46,996 nucleotides of DNA from Nitrospinales bacterium (GTDB lineage: Bacteria > Nitrospinota > Nitrospinia > Nitrospinales > JAJDAT01). Numbering within the stretch: position 1 is the stretch's first letter; the number at the start of each line of letters is the position of its first letter. The stretch is taken from positions 1 to 46,996 of the forward strand of contig JBHHYO010000013.1 in the NCBI GenBank assembly GCA_046757665.1, read 5' to 3'. Shown here piece after piece: positions 16,117 to 26,303 of the stretch. The notes under the pieces were generated by a model. It was not told the DNA's origin, did no database searches, and saw nothing but the letters and a program-made list of their open reading frames with translations. Position numbers and translations under genes: made by a program.

Positions 16117-17244
16117 TTAAACGACCAGTCCCTTTTCCACCAGCCGGCGGTGAGCGTCTTCGATTTTGCAGACGGCGGCCTGGTTTTCACTCCAGGCGGC
16201 CAGGTCCGCCAGGCCCTCGCGCAGGGAAACCGTTGGCGCGAATCCCAGACGCTTTAGTTTGGTGATGTCGGCGTAGCAGTGGCGGATGTCGCCGTTGCGG
16301 AATTTGTGGATGATGCGCGGCTCCAGCGGTTTCCCGTGCAAGCCGATGATCATCCGCGCCAGCTCCAGGATGGAGGTGGGAATTTCGGTTCCGACATTGT
16401 AGACGCCGTATGCAGTGCCGGGGTGGTCCAGCAACAACAACTTGCCTCCGACCAGGTCCTTGACGTGGATGAAGTCGCGCATTTGCCGGCCGTCTTCATA
16501 GATCAGCGGCGGTTTGTCGTTTTTTACGGCGGAAGAGAAAATAGCCGCCGCCCCGGTATAAGGGTTGTTCAGGCTCTGGCCGGGCCCGTAGCAGTTGAAA
16601 TACCGGCAGGCCACGGTGGGGATTTGGTGGGCCTTGCCCAGCATGAGGGAATAAACTTCCTGATCCTTTTTGCTTTGCGCGTAAACGGAGGTGGTCTCCG
16701 GTTGCTTGTCCTCATCGGTGGGAATGGCGGTCAAAGGTTTTTGGCAATGCGGGCAGTCGAGGTCCCACCGGCTTTCCTTTAACTGTTGCTCCGTTCGGGT
16801 TTTCGGCGCCACCTTGCCGTGCGCGGGGCACAGGTAACGGCCCTCGCCATACAGGCTCATGGAACTGGCTATCAGAACTTTTTCGACCCGGTGCCGCTCG
16901 TTGACCAGGATATCCCAGAGAACTCCCGTGCCCTGAACATTGGTGGAAATATATTGATCGACGGCGTACATGGACTGTCCGACGCCCACTTCCGCCGCGT
17001 CGTGGATGATGACGTCCATGTCCCGGATGGCTTGCCGGAGCGCGCTCCGGTCGCGGACGTCGCCCTTGATGAATTCCGCGTCGGGGTGGAGGGATAAAGG
17101 CCGTTCGGCGGCGGCCCCGTGCACCTGGGGCGTCAGGTTATCGTAAACCCGCACCCGGTCGCCGCGCCTGATCAGGGCGTCCACCGTATGCGAACCGATA
17201 AACCCCGCGCCTCCCGTCACTAATACGTTTTTACTGGCTCCCAT
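16117..17244 (-). CDS. NAD-dependent nucleotide-sugar epimerase/dehydratase (extended SDR)
   Basis: VTGGAGFIGSH, YAQSK (YxxxK), RYFNCYGPGQ, RDFIHV, GDIRH. Confidence 0.93.
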   Translation of the reverse strand: MGASKNVLVTGGAGFIGSHTVDALIRRGDRVRVYDNLTPQVHGAAAERPLSLHPDAEFIKGDVRDRSALRQAIRDMDVIIHDAAEVGVGQSMYAVDQYISTNVQGTGVLWDILVNERHRVEKVLIASSMSLYGEGRYLCPAHGKVAPKTRTEQQLKESRWDLDCPHCQKPLTAIPTDEDKQPETTSVYAQSKKDQEVYSLMLGKAHQIPTVACRYFNCYGPGQSLNNPYTGAAAIFSSAVKNDKPPLIYEDGRQMRDFIHVKDLVGGKLLLLDHPGTAYGVYNVGTEIPTSILELARMIIGLHGKPLEPRIIHKFRNGDIRHCYADITKLKRLGFAPTVSLREGLADLAAWSENQAAVCKIEDAHRRLVEKGLVV

Positions 17245-17365
17245 GATGGCTGTCCGATTTTTCGCGTTTCGTTTTCCTAACGAAACAAATACCCGGTTTC
17301 TTTAGCCGGAAGACCGGCGTTCGTCCGCGAAAATTCGCCGGTCGATCCGGACGGGGGGAAGGGGG

Positions 17366-17450
17366 TGGTGCCGATGGGGAGACTCGAACTCCCACGGATC
17401 GCTCCATACGCCCCTCAAGCGCACGTGTCTACCAATTCCACCACATCGGC
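17366..17450 (-). tRNA. tRNA-Leu (GAG)
   Basis: GCCGATG acceptor stem, D-loop GGAATTGGTAGAC, anticodon loop TTGAGGG, long variable arm, GTTCGAGTC T-arm, encoded CCA; follows secG as in many bacteria. Confidence 0.97.
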
Positions 17451-17458
17451 CCTTCGAC

Positions 17459-17902
17459 TTATGGGTTTGGCTTGTCCGGTTGCCCGCCTGCCAGCGGGTT
17501 TGGAGTCGTTTCGGATGGGGATACGCCACCCGCCGTTTGCTCCGACGACGGAGGAGGAACCGGATTTGAGGATGCGGTTGTATCGTCGGGAATGGTCTCC
17601 GGCAGGAGGGGGAGCGTTGTGTCCACGGCGGCCGGCGTTTGTTCCGTTTCCGGAATCACGGACTCCGATTTTTTTTCGGAGGAAATGGTCGTCAGGGATA
17701 AAGAGGTTACCATGAAGATCGCCGCCGCGGCGGTGGTCAGCTTGGTCAGAAAATTTCCCGCGCCGGTGCTGCCGAAAATGGCCTGGCTACCGCCACTGCC
17801 GAAAGCGGAACCCATGGCGGCTCCCTTGCCGGTCTGCAACAGCACAACGACAACCAGGAACAACGCGACGATGATATGAACCGTGATCAATAAAGCGTAC
17901 AC
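17459..17902 (-). CDS. secG: Preprotein translocase subunit SecG with long Pro/Thr/Ser-rich tail
   Basis: [26 protein letters not shown]; tpiA-secG-tRNA-Leu synteny. Confidence 0.95.
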   Translation of the reverse strand: MYALLITVHIIVALFLVVVVLLQTGKGAAMGSAFGSGGSQAIFGSTGAGNFLTKLTTAAAAIFMVTSLSLTTISSEKKSESVIPETEQTPAAVDTTLPLLPETIPDDTTASSNPVPPPSSEQTAGGVSPSETTPNPLAGGQPDKPNP

Positions 17903-17908
17903 CGTTTT

Positions 17909-18679
17909 TTACTCCGAAAAGGATGAATGGACCGAATCAATAATGGCACAAAATGAATCCGCAATCAAGCTGGCGCCGCCTACCAGGGCTCCGTCGATAT
18001 GTTTTTGCGCCAGCAAGGCGGCGCAGTTTTCCGGACTGACGCTACCGCCGTACAGAATGCGGGTTGCGGCGCCGGTTGCTTCGCCGAAAGCGCGGTTCAG
18101 CCTGCCGCGGATGAGTTCATGGATTTCCCGTGCCTGTTCGGGCGTAGCGTTTTTTCCCGTGCCGATGGCCCACACGGGTTCGTAGGCGATCACCAGGTTT
18201 TCCATTTCCGCGGCGGTCAGATTCTGCAACCCCGTTTCCAGCTGGCGGCAAACCACGTCGGCGGTTCGATTTTGTTCGCGTATTTCCAGGGTTTCGCCCA
18301 GGCAGAAAATCACTTTCAAACCGTGTTCCAGGGCGGTCTTGATTTTTTGACAAATCAGCGCGTCATCTTCGCCGAATATCTGCCGGCGTTCCGAGTGGCC
18401 CAGGATGACGAAAGTGCAACCGGCGTCTTTCAGCATGGGGGCGGAAATTTCCCCGGTAAAAGCGCCGCGGGCGTGCCGGCAGATGTTCTGTCCGGCCAGC
18501 GCTATTTCCGTTCCGGCCAAAAGGTCCCGAATGGCGCTCAAGGCGGTGAAAGGCGGAGCAAGAATAATGTCCGCCGGCAAGGGGCTCGGTAATTTCTCTT
18601 TCAGTTCGGCGACCAGCGCCACGGCTTCGGCAATGGTTTTGTTCATCTTCCAATTGCCCGCGATGATTGGTCGTCTCAT
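17909..18679 (-). CDS. tpiA: Triosephosphate isomerase
   Basis: AGNWKMN, GHSERR, AYEPVWAIGTG, LYGGSV, LVGGASL. Confidence 0.98.
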   Translation of the reverse strand: MRRPIIAGNWKMNKTIAEAVALVAELKEKLPSPLPADIILAPPFTALSAIRDLLAGTEIALAGQNICRHARGAFTGEISAPMLKDAGCTFVILGHSERRQIFGEDDALICQKIKTALEHGLKVIFCLGETLEIREQNRTADVVCRQLETGLQNLTAAEMENLVIAYEPVWAIGTGKNATPEQAREIHELIRGRLNRAFGEATGAATRILYGGSVSPENCAALLAQKHIDGALVGGASLIADSFCAIIDSVHSSFSE

Positions 18680-18692
18680 GCCGGATTTCGAA

Positions 18693-19709
18693 TCACACTC
18701 CCCGTTGAAAAATGAACTTGACCAGGTCCTTGACCCGGGATGAATAACCCCACTCGTTGTCGTACCAGGCCAGAACCTTTGCCAGCCGAGAGCCGATGAT
18801 GCTGGTGGACGGCCCGTCCACGATGGATGAGGCGTCGTTGCCGTTGAAATCGATCGATACCAGGGGCGTTGCCTCGTAGCGCAGGATGCCCTTCATCTGG
18901 TTTTGGGCGGCGTCCTGGAACGACTGGTTGATCTCCTCCGTTGTCGAGTCTTTCCCCAGTTCCGTAACCAGGTCAACCAGGGAAACGTTGGGCGTGGGCA
19001 CCCGGATAGCCATTCCGTCCAGCTTGCCCTTAAGCTCGGGAAGCACCAGGCCCACCGCCCGGGCCGCTCCCGTGGTCGTCGGAATCATGGACATGGCGGC
19101 GGCGCGCGCCCGGCGCAGGTCCTTGTGCGGCAGATCGAGAATCCGCTGGTCGTTGGTGTAGGAATGAATGGTCGTCATCAATCCTTTTTGAATGCCGAAC
19201 CGGTCATTAAGAATCTTGGCTACCGTAGCAACGCAATTGGTGGTGCAGGAGGCGTTGGAGATGATCTGGTGTTTTGCCGCATCGTAAAGGCCTTCGTTCA
19301 CGCCCAGCACCATGGTGATGTCCGGGTCGGCGGCCGGGGCGGAGATGATCACCTTCTTCGCGCCGGCGGCCAGGTGCTTGCCGGCGCCTTCCCGCTTGGT
19401 AAACAGCCCCGTGGATTCGATCACCAAATCGACGCCCAGGGTTTTCCATGGCAACTCCGCGGGATCGCGGCAGGACAAAATTTCGATGGGCTTGCCGTTG
19501 AGGATCAGTTTTTTGTCCGCATAATCCACGTCATCCTTGTAAGTGCCGTGGACCGAATCGTATTTATAAAGATGAGCGAGAGTTTTGGCGTCCGTCAGGT
19601 CGTTGATCGCCATGACTTCCACGTCCGCGCACGACTGGTCGCTCAAAATGGACCTCAAAACCATCCGGCCGATGCGGCCAAATCCATTGATCGCAATTTT
19701 GTTAGCCAT
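18693..19709 (-). CDS. gap: Type I glyceraldehyde-3-phosphate dehydrogenase
   Basis: INGFGRIGR, SNASCTTNC, WYDNEWGYS. Confidence 0.98.
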   Translation of the reverse strand: MANKIAINGFGRIGRMVLRSILSDQSCADVEVMAINDLTDAKTLAHLYKYDSVHGTYKDDVDYADKKLILNGKPIEILSCRDPAELPWKTLGVDLVIESTGLFTKREGAGKHLAAGAKKVIISAPAADPDITMVLGVNEGLYDAAKHQIISNASCTTNCVATVAKILNDRFGIQKGLMTTIHSYTNDQRILDLPHKDLRRARAAAMSMIPTTTGAARAVGLVLPELKGKLDGMAIRVPTPNVSLVDLVTELGKDSTTEEINQSFQDAAQNQMKGILRYEATPLVSIDFNGNDASSIVDGPSTSIIGSRLAKVLAWYDNEWGYSSRVKDLVKFIFQRGV

Positions 19710-19784
19710 TTAAGTCTCCTGTTATAGCGTGGGGGGCGCTTTTTAGATGCACAATTTCAAGCTGAGGCGAGGGGGTTAAGTTTA

Positions 19785-19828
19785 ACACAAACAAAAGGGA
19801 CGAAAAAGGGTGCGTCCCTTCCCGTCCC
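19785..19828 (-). terminator. Intrinsic terminator-like hairpin upstream of gap
   Basis: Minus strand GGGACGGGAAGGG-ACGCA-CCCTTTTTCGTCCC followed by TTTTGTTTGTGTT. Confidence 0.6.
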
Positions 19829-19838
19829 GTTGGATCAG

Positions 19839-19867
19839 ATTATGCGGAAACAACAAAGCCAAGTCAA
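19839..19867 (-). promoter_or_regulatory. Putative sigma70 promoter upstream of gap
   Basis: Minus strand TTGACT-17 bp-CATAAT. Confidence 0.65.
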
Positions 19868-19924
19868 CCAAAACCTGATATTCCGGGTTGGACGAACCGG
19901 ACAAGCCTGCGGGAAAGCGGCGAG

Positions 19925-20779
19925 TCAGCCGGTTTTCCCCAACACTTTCGGACGAAACTTGCTTTCGGGTTTGGAGTTGCCGGCGGCCCACGGTTTCTCC
20001 GCGGATTCGGCCGCCATCAACAGGGAAAATATCAGCTCGTCGGCCTTATGGCTGATTTCAATATCCGAGCTTGCCGCTTTGATGACCGTACGGTATTCCT
20101 GAAGCAGAATGTCTTCCTGCTGGATGCTCAGGTTAAGTTCTTCCTCGAGTTTCTTCTGTTTTTTTGCAAGGGATTTGCTGTTGCTTTCCAGGGTGGTTTT
20201 GGTATTGAGCGCCTTTTCTTTTTCTCGATCGATTTCTTTTTGGGCGTTGAACAGATTTTTTCTCACCTCATCAATGTGAAACAAATCCTCCTCGAATTTC
20301 CTGAACGCGCTGTCCAGGCTTTCGAGATAGTTCTTTCGGCGCAAAATCAGGGCGTCATATTCAGAGGCCTCCCCGCTGGTGGGGGAGGGCTTTTTCTTGA
20401 TATCCAGGACCACCCCGCCGGATAATTTTTCCGGTTTAAGCAATTCTATTGCTTTGGGCATAAGGGCGCCCGCCAGCATCTTTTCATAGTTTTCCTTGAT
20501 CAGTTTTTCCCGCTCGACCAATTGTTCCCTTGCATGGCTGGTCTTGCTGGTGTTCTCGTCGTAAATGGCGATATTGTCGGTCAGGGTCTTGATCTGGCTC
20601 AAGTGTTCCTGGCGGGTTTTTTTCAATTCGTCGATTCTTGCGAGAAGGGAGAGCCGCCGGTTCTCCTGGAATTGCAGGACCCGGTCAAAGGTGTTCACCA
20701 CGTTTTCGGTTTCGCGGGCCAGGGACCGGCCTTCTTCGCGGATTTTGGAGTTTTCCCGGGCAATACTTGGTGTTTTCAT
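19925..20779 (-). CDS. Hypothetical coiled-coil protein
   Basis: 284-aa E/K/L-rich heptad pattern, no recognisable family. Confidence 0.75.
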   Translation of the reverse strand: MKTPSIARENSKIREEGRSLARETENVVNTFDRVLQFQENRRLSLLARIDELKKTRQEHLSQIKTLTDNIAIYDENTSKTSHAREQLVEREKLIKENYEKMLAGALMPKAIELLKPEKLSGGVVLDIKKKPSPTSGEASEYDALILRRKNYLESLDSAFRKFEEDLFHIDEVRKNLFNAQKEIDREKEKALNTKTTLESNSKSLAKKQKKLEEELNLSIQQEDILLQEYRTVIKAASSDIEISHKADELIFSLLMAAESAEKPWAAGNSKPESKFRPKVLGKTG

Positions 20780-20830
20780 GATCCGTTGTTATGTGTCAAG
20801 AAAATGGCTTTCAGGTTTTCCGCATAAAAG

Positions 20831-20846
20831 AGCAAAAACCATGCCA
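20831..20846 (-). promoter_or_regulatory. Putative sigma54 promoter
   Basis: Minus strand TGGCATGGTTTTTGCT, near-perfect TGGCACG-N4-TTGCW, ~50 bp upstream of the ATG at 20779. Confidence 0.7.
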
Positions 20847-20907
20847 GGCGGCACTTCCAGTCGATTGTAATAGTTTGGATGAAGAGCAGTTTACCACAAA
20901 ACCAGGC

Positions 20908-21651
20908 TTATTGAGGGCGCGATTTTACGCCGCGCTCTATGGAACGGAGCATTTCCCCGACGGCCTGTTTCATTCCCAGGTAAACCGAGCGGGCAACGAT
21001 GCTGTGGCCGATATTGAATTCTTCGATTTCAGGAATGGCGGCGATGGCCACGACATTGTCGTTGGTTAATCCGTGGCCGGCAAATACCCGCAATCCGAGT
21101 TGAGCCGCATGTCCGGCGGCCTGGCGGATTTTTTCCAGTTCCTCCCTGACGGCCTTGTCGTCTGTCAACTCCGAATAAAGGCCCGTATTGATTTCGATAC
21201 TGTCTGCGCCGATACGATGCGCGGCGTCGATTTGCCTGAGGCTGGGATCGACGAACAAACTGAACAAAATGTTTCGGGCGGTTATCCGGTCTTTCACGTC
21301 TCGGAGATGTTCTTCCTGGGAGCAAACATCCAGTCCCCCCTCGGTGGTGATCTCCAGACGCTTTTCCGGAACGAGGGAGACCTGCTCCGGCCGGGTTTGC
21401 AATGCGATGCCGACCATTTCCTCCGTGGCGGCCATTTCCAGATTAAGCCGGGTTTTGATGGATTCCCGGATGCGGGCCACGTCCCTGTCCTGGATGTGGC
21501 GGCGGTCCTCGCGCAAGTGAATGGTGATGCCGTGGGCGCCGGCTTGTTCCGCCAGCAATGCGGCGGCCAGCGGGTCGGGTTCCACCGTTTTCCGGGCTTC
21601 GCGGATGGTCGCGACGTGGTCAACGTTGATGTAAAGTCTTGCCGCTGTCAT
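20908..21651 (-). CDS. pdxJ: Pyridoxine 5'-phosphate synthase
   Basis: NVDHVATIREAR, ITIHLREDRRHI, LVPEKR.EITTEGGLD, AGHGL, NIGHSI. Confidence 0.97.
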   Translation of the reverse strand: MTAARLYINVDHVATIREARKTVEPDPLAAALLAEQAGAHGITIHLREDRRHIQDRDVARIRESIKTRLNLEMAATEEMVGIALQTRPEQVSLVPEKRLEITTEGGLDVCSQEEHLRDVKDRITARNILFSLFVDPSLRQIDAAHRIGADSIEINTGLYSELTDDKAVREELEKIRQAAGHAAQLGLRVFAGHGLTNDNVVAIAAIPEIEEFNIGHSIVARSVYLGMKQAVGEMLRSIERGVKSRPQ

Positions 21652-22489
21652 GTGGGGCTCGTGGATTTAAAATCGCCCGCGCCATTTTTACGGCCCGGAC
21701 GGTCTCTTTGACATCGTGTACCCGGAGGATGGAGGCTCCGTTTTCCATGCCGATCAGCGCCGACGCCAGGGAGCCTTCCAGCCGTTCTTCCGTGGGCAAG
21801 CCCAGCACCTCGCCGATGAACGATTTGCGCGACGCCCCAAGGAGAATGGGTTTGTTTAAAACTTTGAAACGGTCGAGTTGCCGGAGAATCTCCAGATTGT
21901 GCTCGGCGGTTTTTCCGAATCCGATGCCGGGGTCGATGGCGATGCGGTCGGAACGAATCCCGGCATCTTCCGCCAGGGCGACGCTTTTCCGTAGATAGAG
22001 CAGGATTTCGCCGATGAGGTCGTCATAATGGAGACGATTCTGCATGGTCGCCGGGGTGCCGCGCATGTGCATCAGCACAACACCCGCTCCATGCCGCGCA
22101 ATGGTCTTCGCCATTTCCGGACGTCCTTGCAATCCGGTGATATCGTTGATTATGTCAACGCCCAGCGAGAGCATTTTCTCGGCGACGCGGGGCTTGCGGG
22201 TGTCCACCGAGAGGGGAATTTTAATCCGCCGGCGCAATTCGGGAACGACGGCCATCAGCCGGTCCAACTCGACCTCATCGGCAATGGGTTGCGAGCCTGG
22301 CCGGGAGGTTTCGGCGCCAATGTCCAGAATGTCGGCGCCTTCTTCTACCAGCCGTTCCGCCAGCGCAAGAGATTCGGCTTTTGCGGAGCGGTGGCTTTCC
22401 TTATAAAACGAATCCGGGGAGAGGTTGAGAATCCCCATGATTAAAACGGGCATGGACTCGCCGTTGACGTTGAGGGAGAAGTCCGGCAT
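21620..22489 (-). CDS. folP: Dihydropteroate synthase
   Basis: MGILNLSPDSF, DIGAETSRPG, DPGIGFGK, SRKSFIG, LRVHDV; start set at ATG 22489 (GGAG RBS) rather than the ORF-track start inside ftsH. Confidence 0.95.
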   Translation of the reverse strand: MPDFSLNVNGESMPVLIMGILNLSPDSFYKESHRSAKAESLALAERLVEEGADILDIGAETSRPGSQPIADEVELDRLMAVVPELRRRIKIPLSVDTRKPRVAEKMLSLGVDIINDITGLQGRPEMAKTIARHGAGVVLMHMRGTPATMQNRLHYDDLIGEILLYLRKSVALAEDAGIRSDRIAIDPGIGFGKTAEHNLEILRQLDRFKVLNKPILLGASRKSFIGEVLGLPTEERLEGSLASALIGMENGASILRVHDVKETVRAVKMARAILNPRAPHDSGKTLHQR

Positions 22490-22569
22490 TTCGCCAATCT
22501 CCAGAATCAGGTGGAATTTGCAGGATCGGAAGATGCTTGGAACGGTTGTATCATGCCACGAATCGAGGC

Positions 22570-22622
22570 AAAAAAAAACCCGCCCTTCGACAGGCTCAGG
22601 CTCTGTCGAAGCGTGGCCGGGT
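22570..22622 (-). terminator. Intrinsic terminator after ftsH built on a REP-like palindrome
   Basis: Minus strand ACCCG..CTTCGACAG-AGCCTGAGC-CTGTCGAAG..CGGG followed by a long T-run. Confidence 0.75.
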
Positions 22623-22646
22623 ATACCAACTTTTGCAACGGAAGCG

Positions 22647-24581
<1,935 letters not shown>

Positions 24582-24705
24582 AACGCTCTCCTTTGCGTAG
24601 AGTAACGACTTTTATTCTTTATTAAGTGCCACTTCATCTTAACACAATAAATGAAAAACATGATCTAAATGTTTCTTTTTCGCGGGCGTTTTGCCCGCGC
24701 GTTTT

Positions 24706-26148
24706 TTATGTTGCATCCTCCTCGGCGGAGTCTTTCAACGGTCCGCCTTCGATCCGGAGAACATTTTTGGTTTCCGGCGTTACGCGGTACGTATTGGAAA
24801 TTCTCTTTCCAAATATCCAAATAATATCGCCATCCCTCGTTGTCAAAATAGGAATGCGATTTCTTTGTTCCCGTGGAATTTTTTCGTCGATGAAAAACGA
24901 TTTCAATTTCTTTGTCCCGGACATTCCCAGAGGAACGAAACGGTCTCCCGGCAGGAAGAACCGGAAATAAACACAGCTTCCCGTTTTGTCAAAATCCAGA
25001 AAAGCCAGATTGCGGGAGCCGCGATAATCGTCGCCCTCTTTGGGATGAGTCAAGCGGGTGGTGAACCTGAATTGGCCGGCCTCGGTGACGCCGGAAATTT
25101 TCAGGAGGGTGGGAGGCTGTCTGCCGGTCGGGAGGCCGCTCCGGGATTGGGGTTGCCTGTCGAAAACCAGTTTTTCTCCGTCGCAAGTCACCCGCAGTCT
25201 GCCGGGAAGGTGCAGTTCCTTGCCGCGCCGGGGTTGGGCCGCCAATGCAATAACATGTTGAACATGGTCGGCGGTCAGCCGCCGCAAGTGGTTGTTGACG
25301 AAAAAGACGGCTTTTCGCACCAACCGTTTTTGCAGGGCGGGGGGCTCCGCTCTCATGTGTTTCAGGCTGAGCGAAACACTGCGTCCTTCTCGCCCGGAGG
25401 TGAAACAGGCCGCAAAACTCTTTCGCAGGCAAGCATCCAAAAACGCTTCTTCATCCCTGAGAATCTCGGCGGTTTGGACAATATGAGCCAGAACATTTTT
25501 ATTGTATTCCGTTTCAAGTTTGGGGATCAGGTCGGCGCGGATGCGGTTGCGCAGATATCGCGGGTCGGTGTTGGAAAGGTCCGTGCGAAACGGCAAACCG
25601 CGGTTCTGCAAAAAAGTTTCCGCTTCCCAGTGAAAGCATTCGATCAAGGGGCGGATAATATGGCCCCTGACGGGGGGGATTCCCGTCAGTCCCTTCATGC
25701 CGCTACCGCGCAAAAAATTGATTAGAACGGTTTCCGCCTGGTCTCCGGCTGTGTGGCCCAGGGCGATTTTGTTCGCCGCCGTTTTTTCCCGCACCTCGTC
25801 CAGAAAGCGATACCGCAGAAGCCGGGCGGTTTCCTGGAAGGAGGTTTTGAAAGCGGCCTGCTCCTTTTTGACATCGATGGCTTCGATGTGGGTCTCCAGT
25901 CCCAGGTTTTCGCCCAGCCGGGAAACGAACAGGGCGTCCTCATCCGATGCCTTGCCGCGGGCCAGATGATTGAGGTGGGCGATGCACAGGCGAATTCCCA
26001 GTTCATCCCTCAAATCGTAAAAAAGATGCAGTAAAGCCACCGAGTCGGCGCCTCCCGATACGGAGACCAGAACTTTTTCCCCGGAAGCAACCATGCGGTG
26101 ACGAACGAGGGCCACCTTGAATTTTTCAACGAGAGGTTTCATAAACAC
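24706..26148 (-). CDS. tilS: tRNA(Ile)-lysidine synthetase
   Basis: SGGADS PP-loop, ARLLRYRF, GHTAGDQAET, RNRIR, PGDRF; start may be ATG 26142. Confidence 0.96.
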   Translation of the reverse strand: MFMKPLVEKFKVALVRHRMVASGEKVLVSVSGGADSVALLHLFYDLRDELGIRLCIAHLNHLARGKASDEDALFVSRLGENLGLETHIEAIDVKKEQAAFKTSFQETARLLRYRFLDEVREKTAANKIALGHTAGDQAETVLINFLRGSGMKGLTGIPPVRGHIIRPLIECFHWEAETFLQNRGLPFRTDLSNTDPRYLRNRIRADLIPKLETEYNKNVLAHIVQTAEILRDEEAFLDACLRKSFAACFTSGREGRSVSLSLKHMRAEPPALQKRLVRKAVFFVNNHLRRLTADHVQHVIALAAQPRRGKELHLPGRLRVTCDGEKLVFDRQPQSRSGLPTGRQPPTLLKISGVTEAGQFRFTTRLTHPKEGDDYRGSRNLAFLDFDKTGSCVYFRFFLPGDRFVPLGMSGTKKLKSFFIDEKIPREQRNRIPILTTRDGDIIWIFGKRISNTYRVTPETKNVLRIEGGPLKDSAEEDAT

Positions 26149-26303
26149 TCACCCGTCCGAATCCGGGCCACGGGCCGGCCGGTTGGGACGTTTGCCGGCG
26201 ACTGCCGGTTATCGGAGGTTTGAAGATTGTGTGTGGTGCGGAAGCAAATCAATGAAAGTGTATCACATTTACGGGGCGGGGCGGGCGGGTTTGCCGATGG
26301 GGA

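Noticed and set aside
24681-24706. GC hairpin CGCGGGC-GTTTT-GCCCGCG as the tilS terminator
   Set aside because: The U-tract is on the plus strand only, so it would not terminate the minus-strand tilS transcript
26292-26303. 12-bp match (TGCCGATGGGGA) to the tRNA-Leu 3' end at 17369-17380, a possible att site
   Set aside because: Short, on the upstream side of the tRNA, brackets only housekeeping genes, and no integrase is present; probably chance
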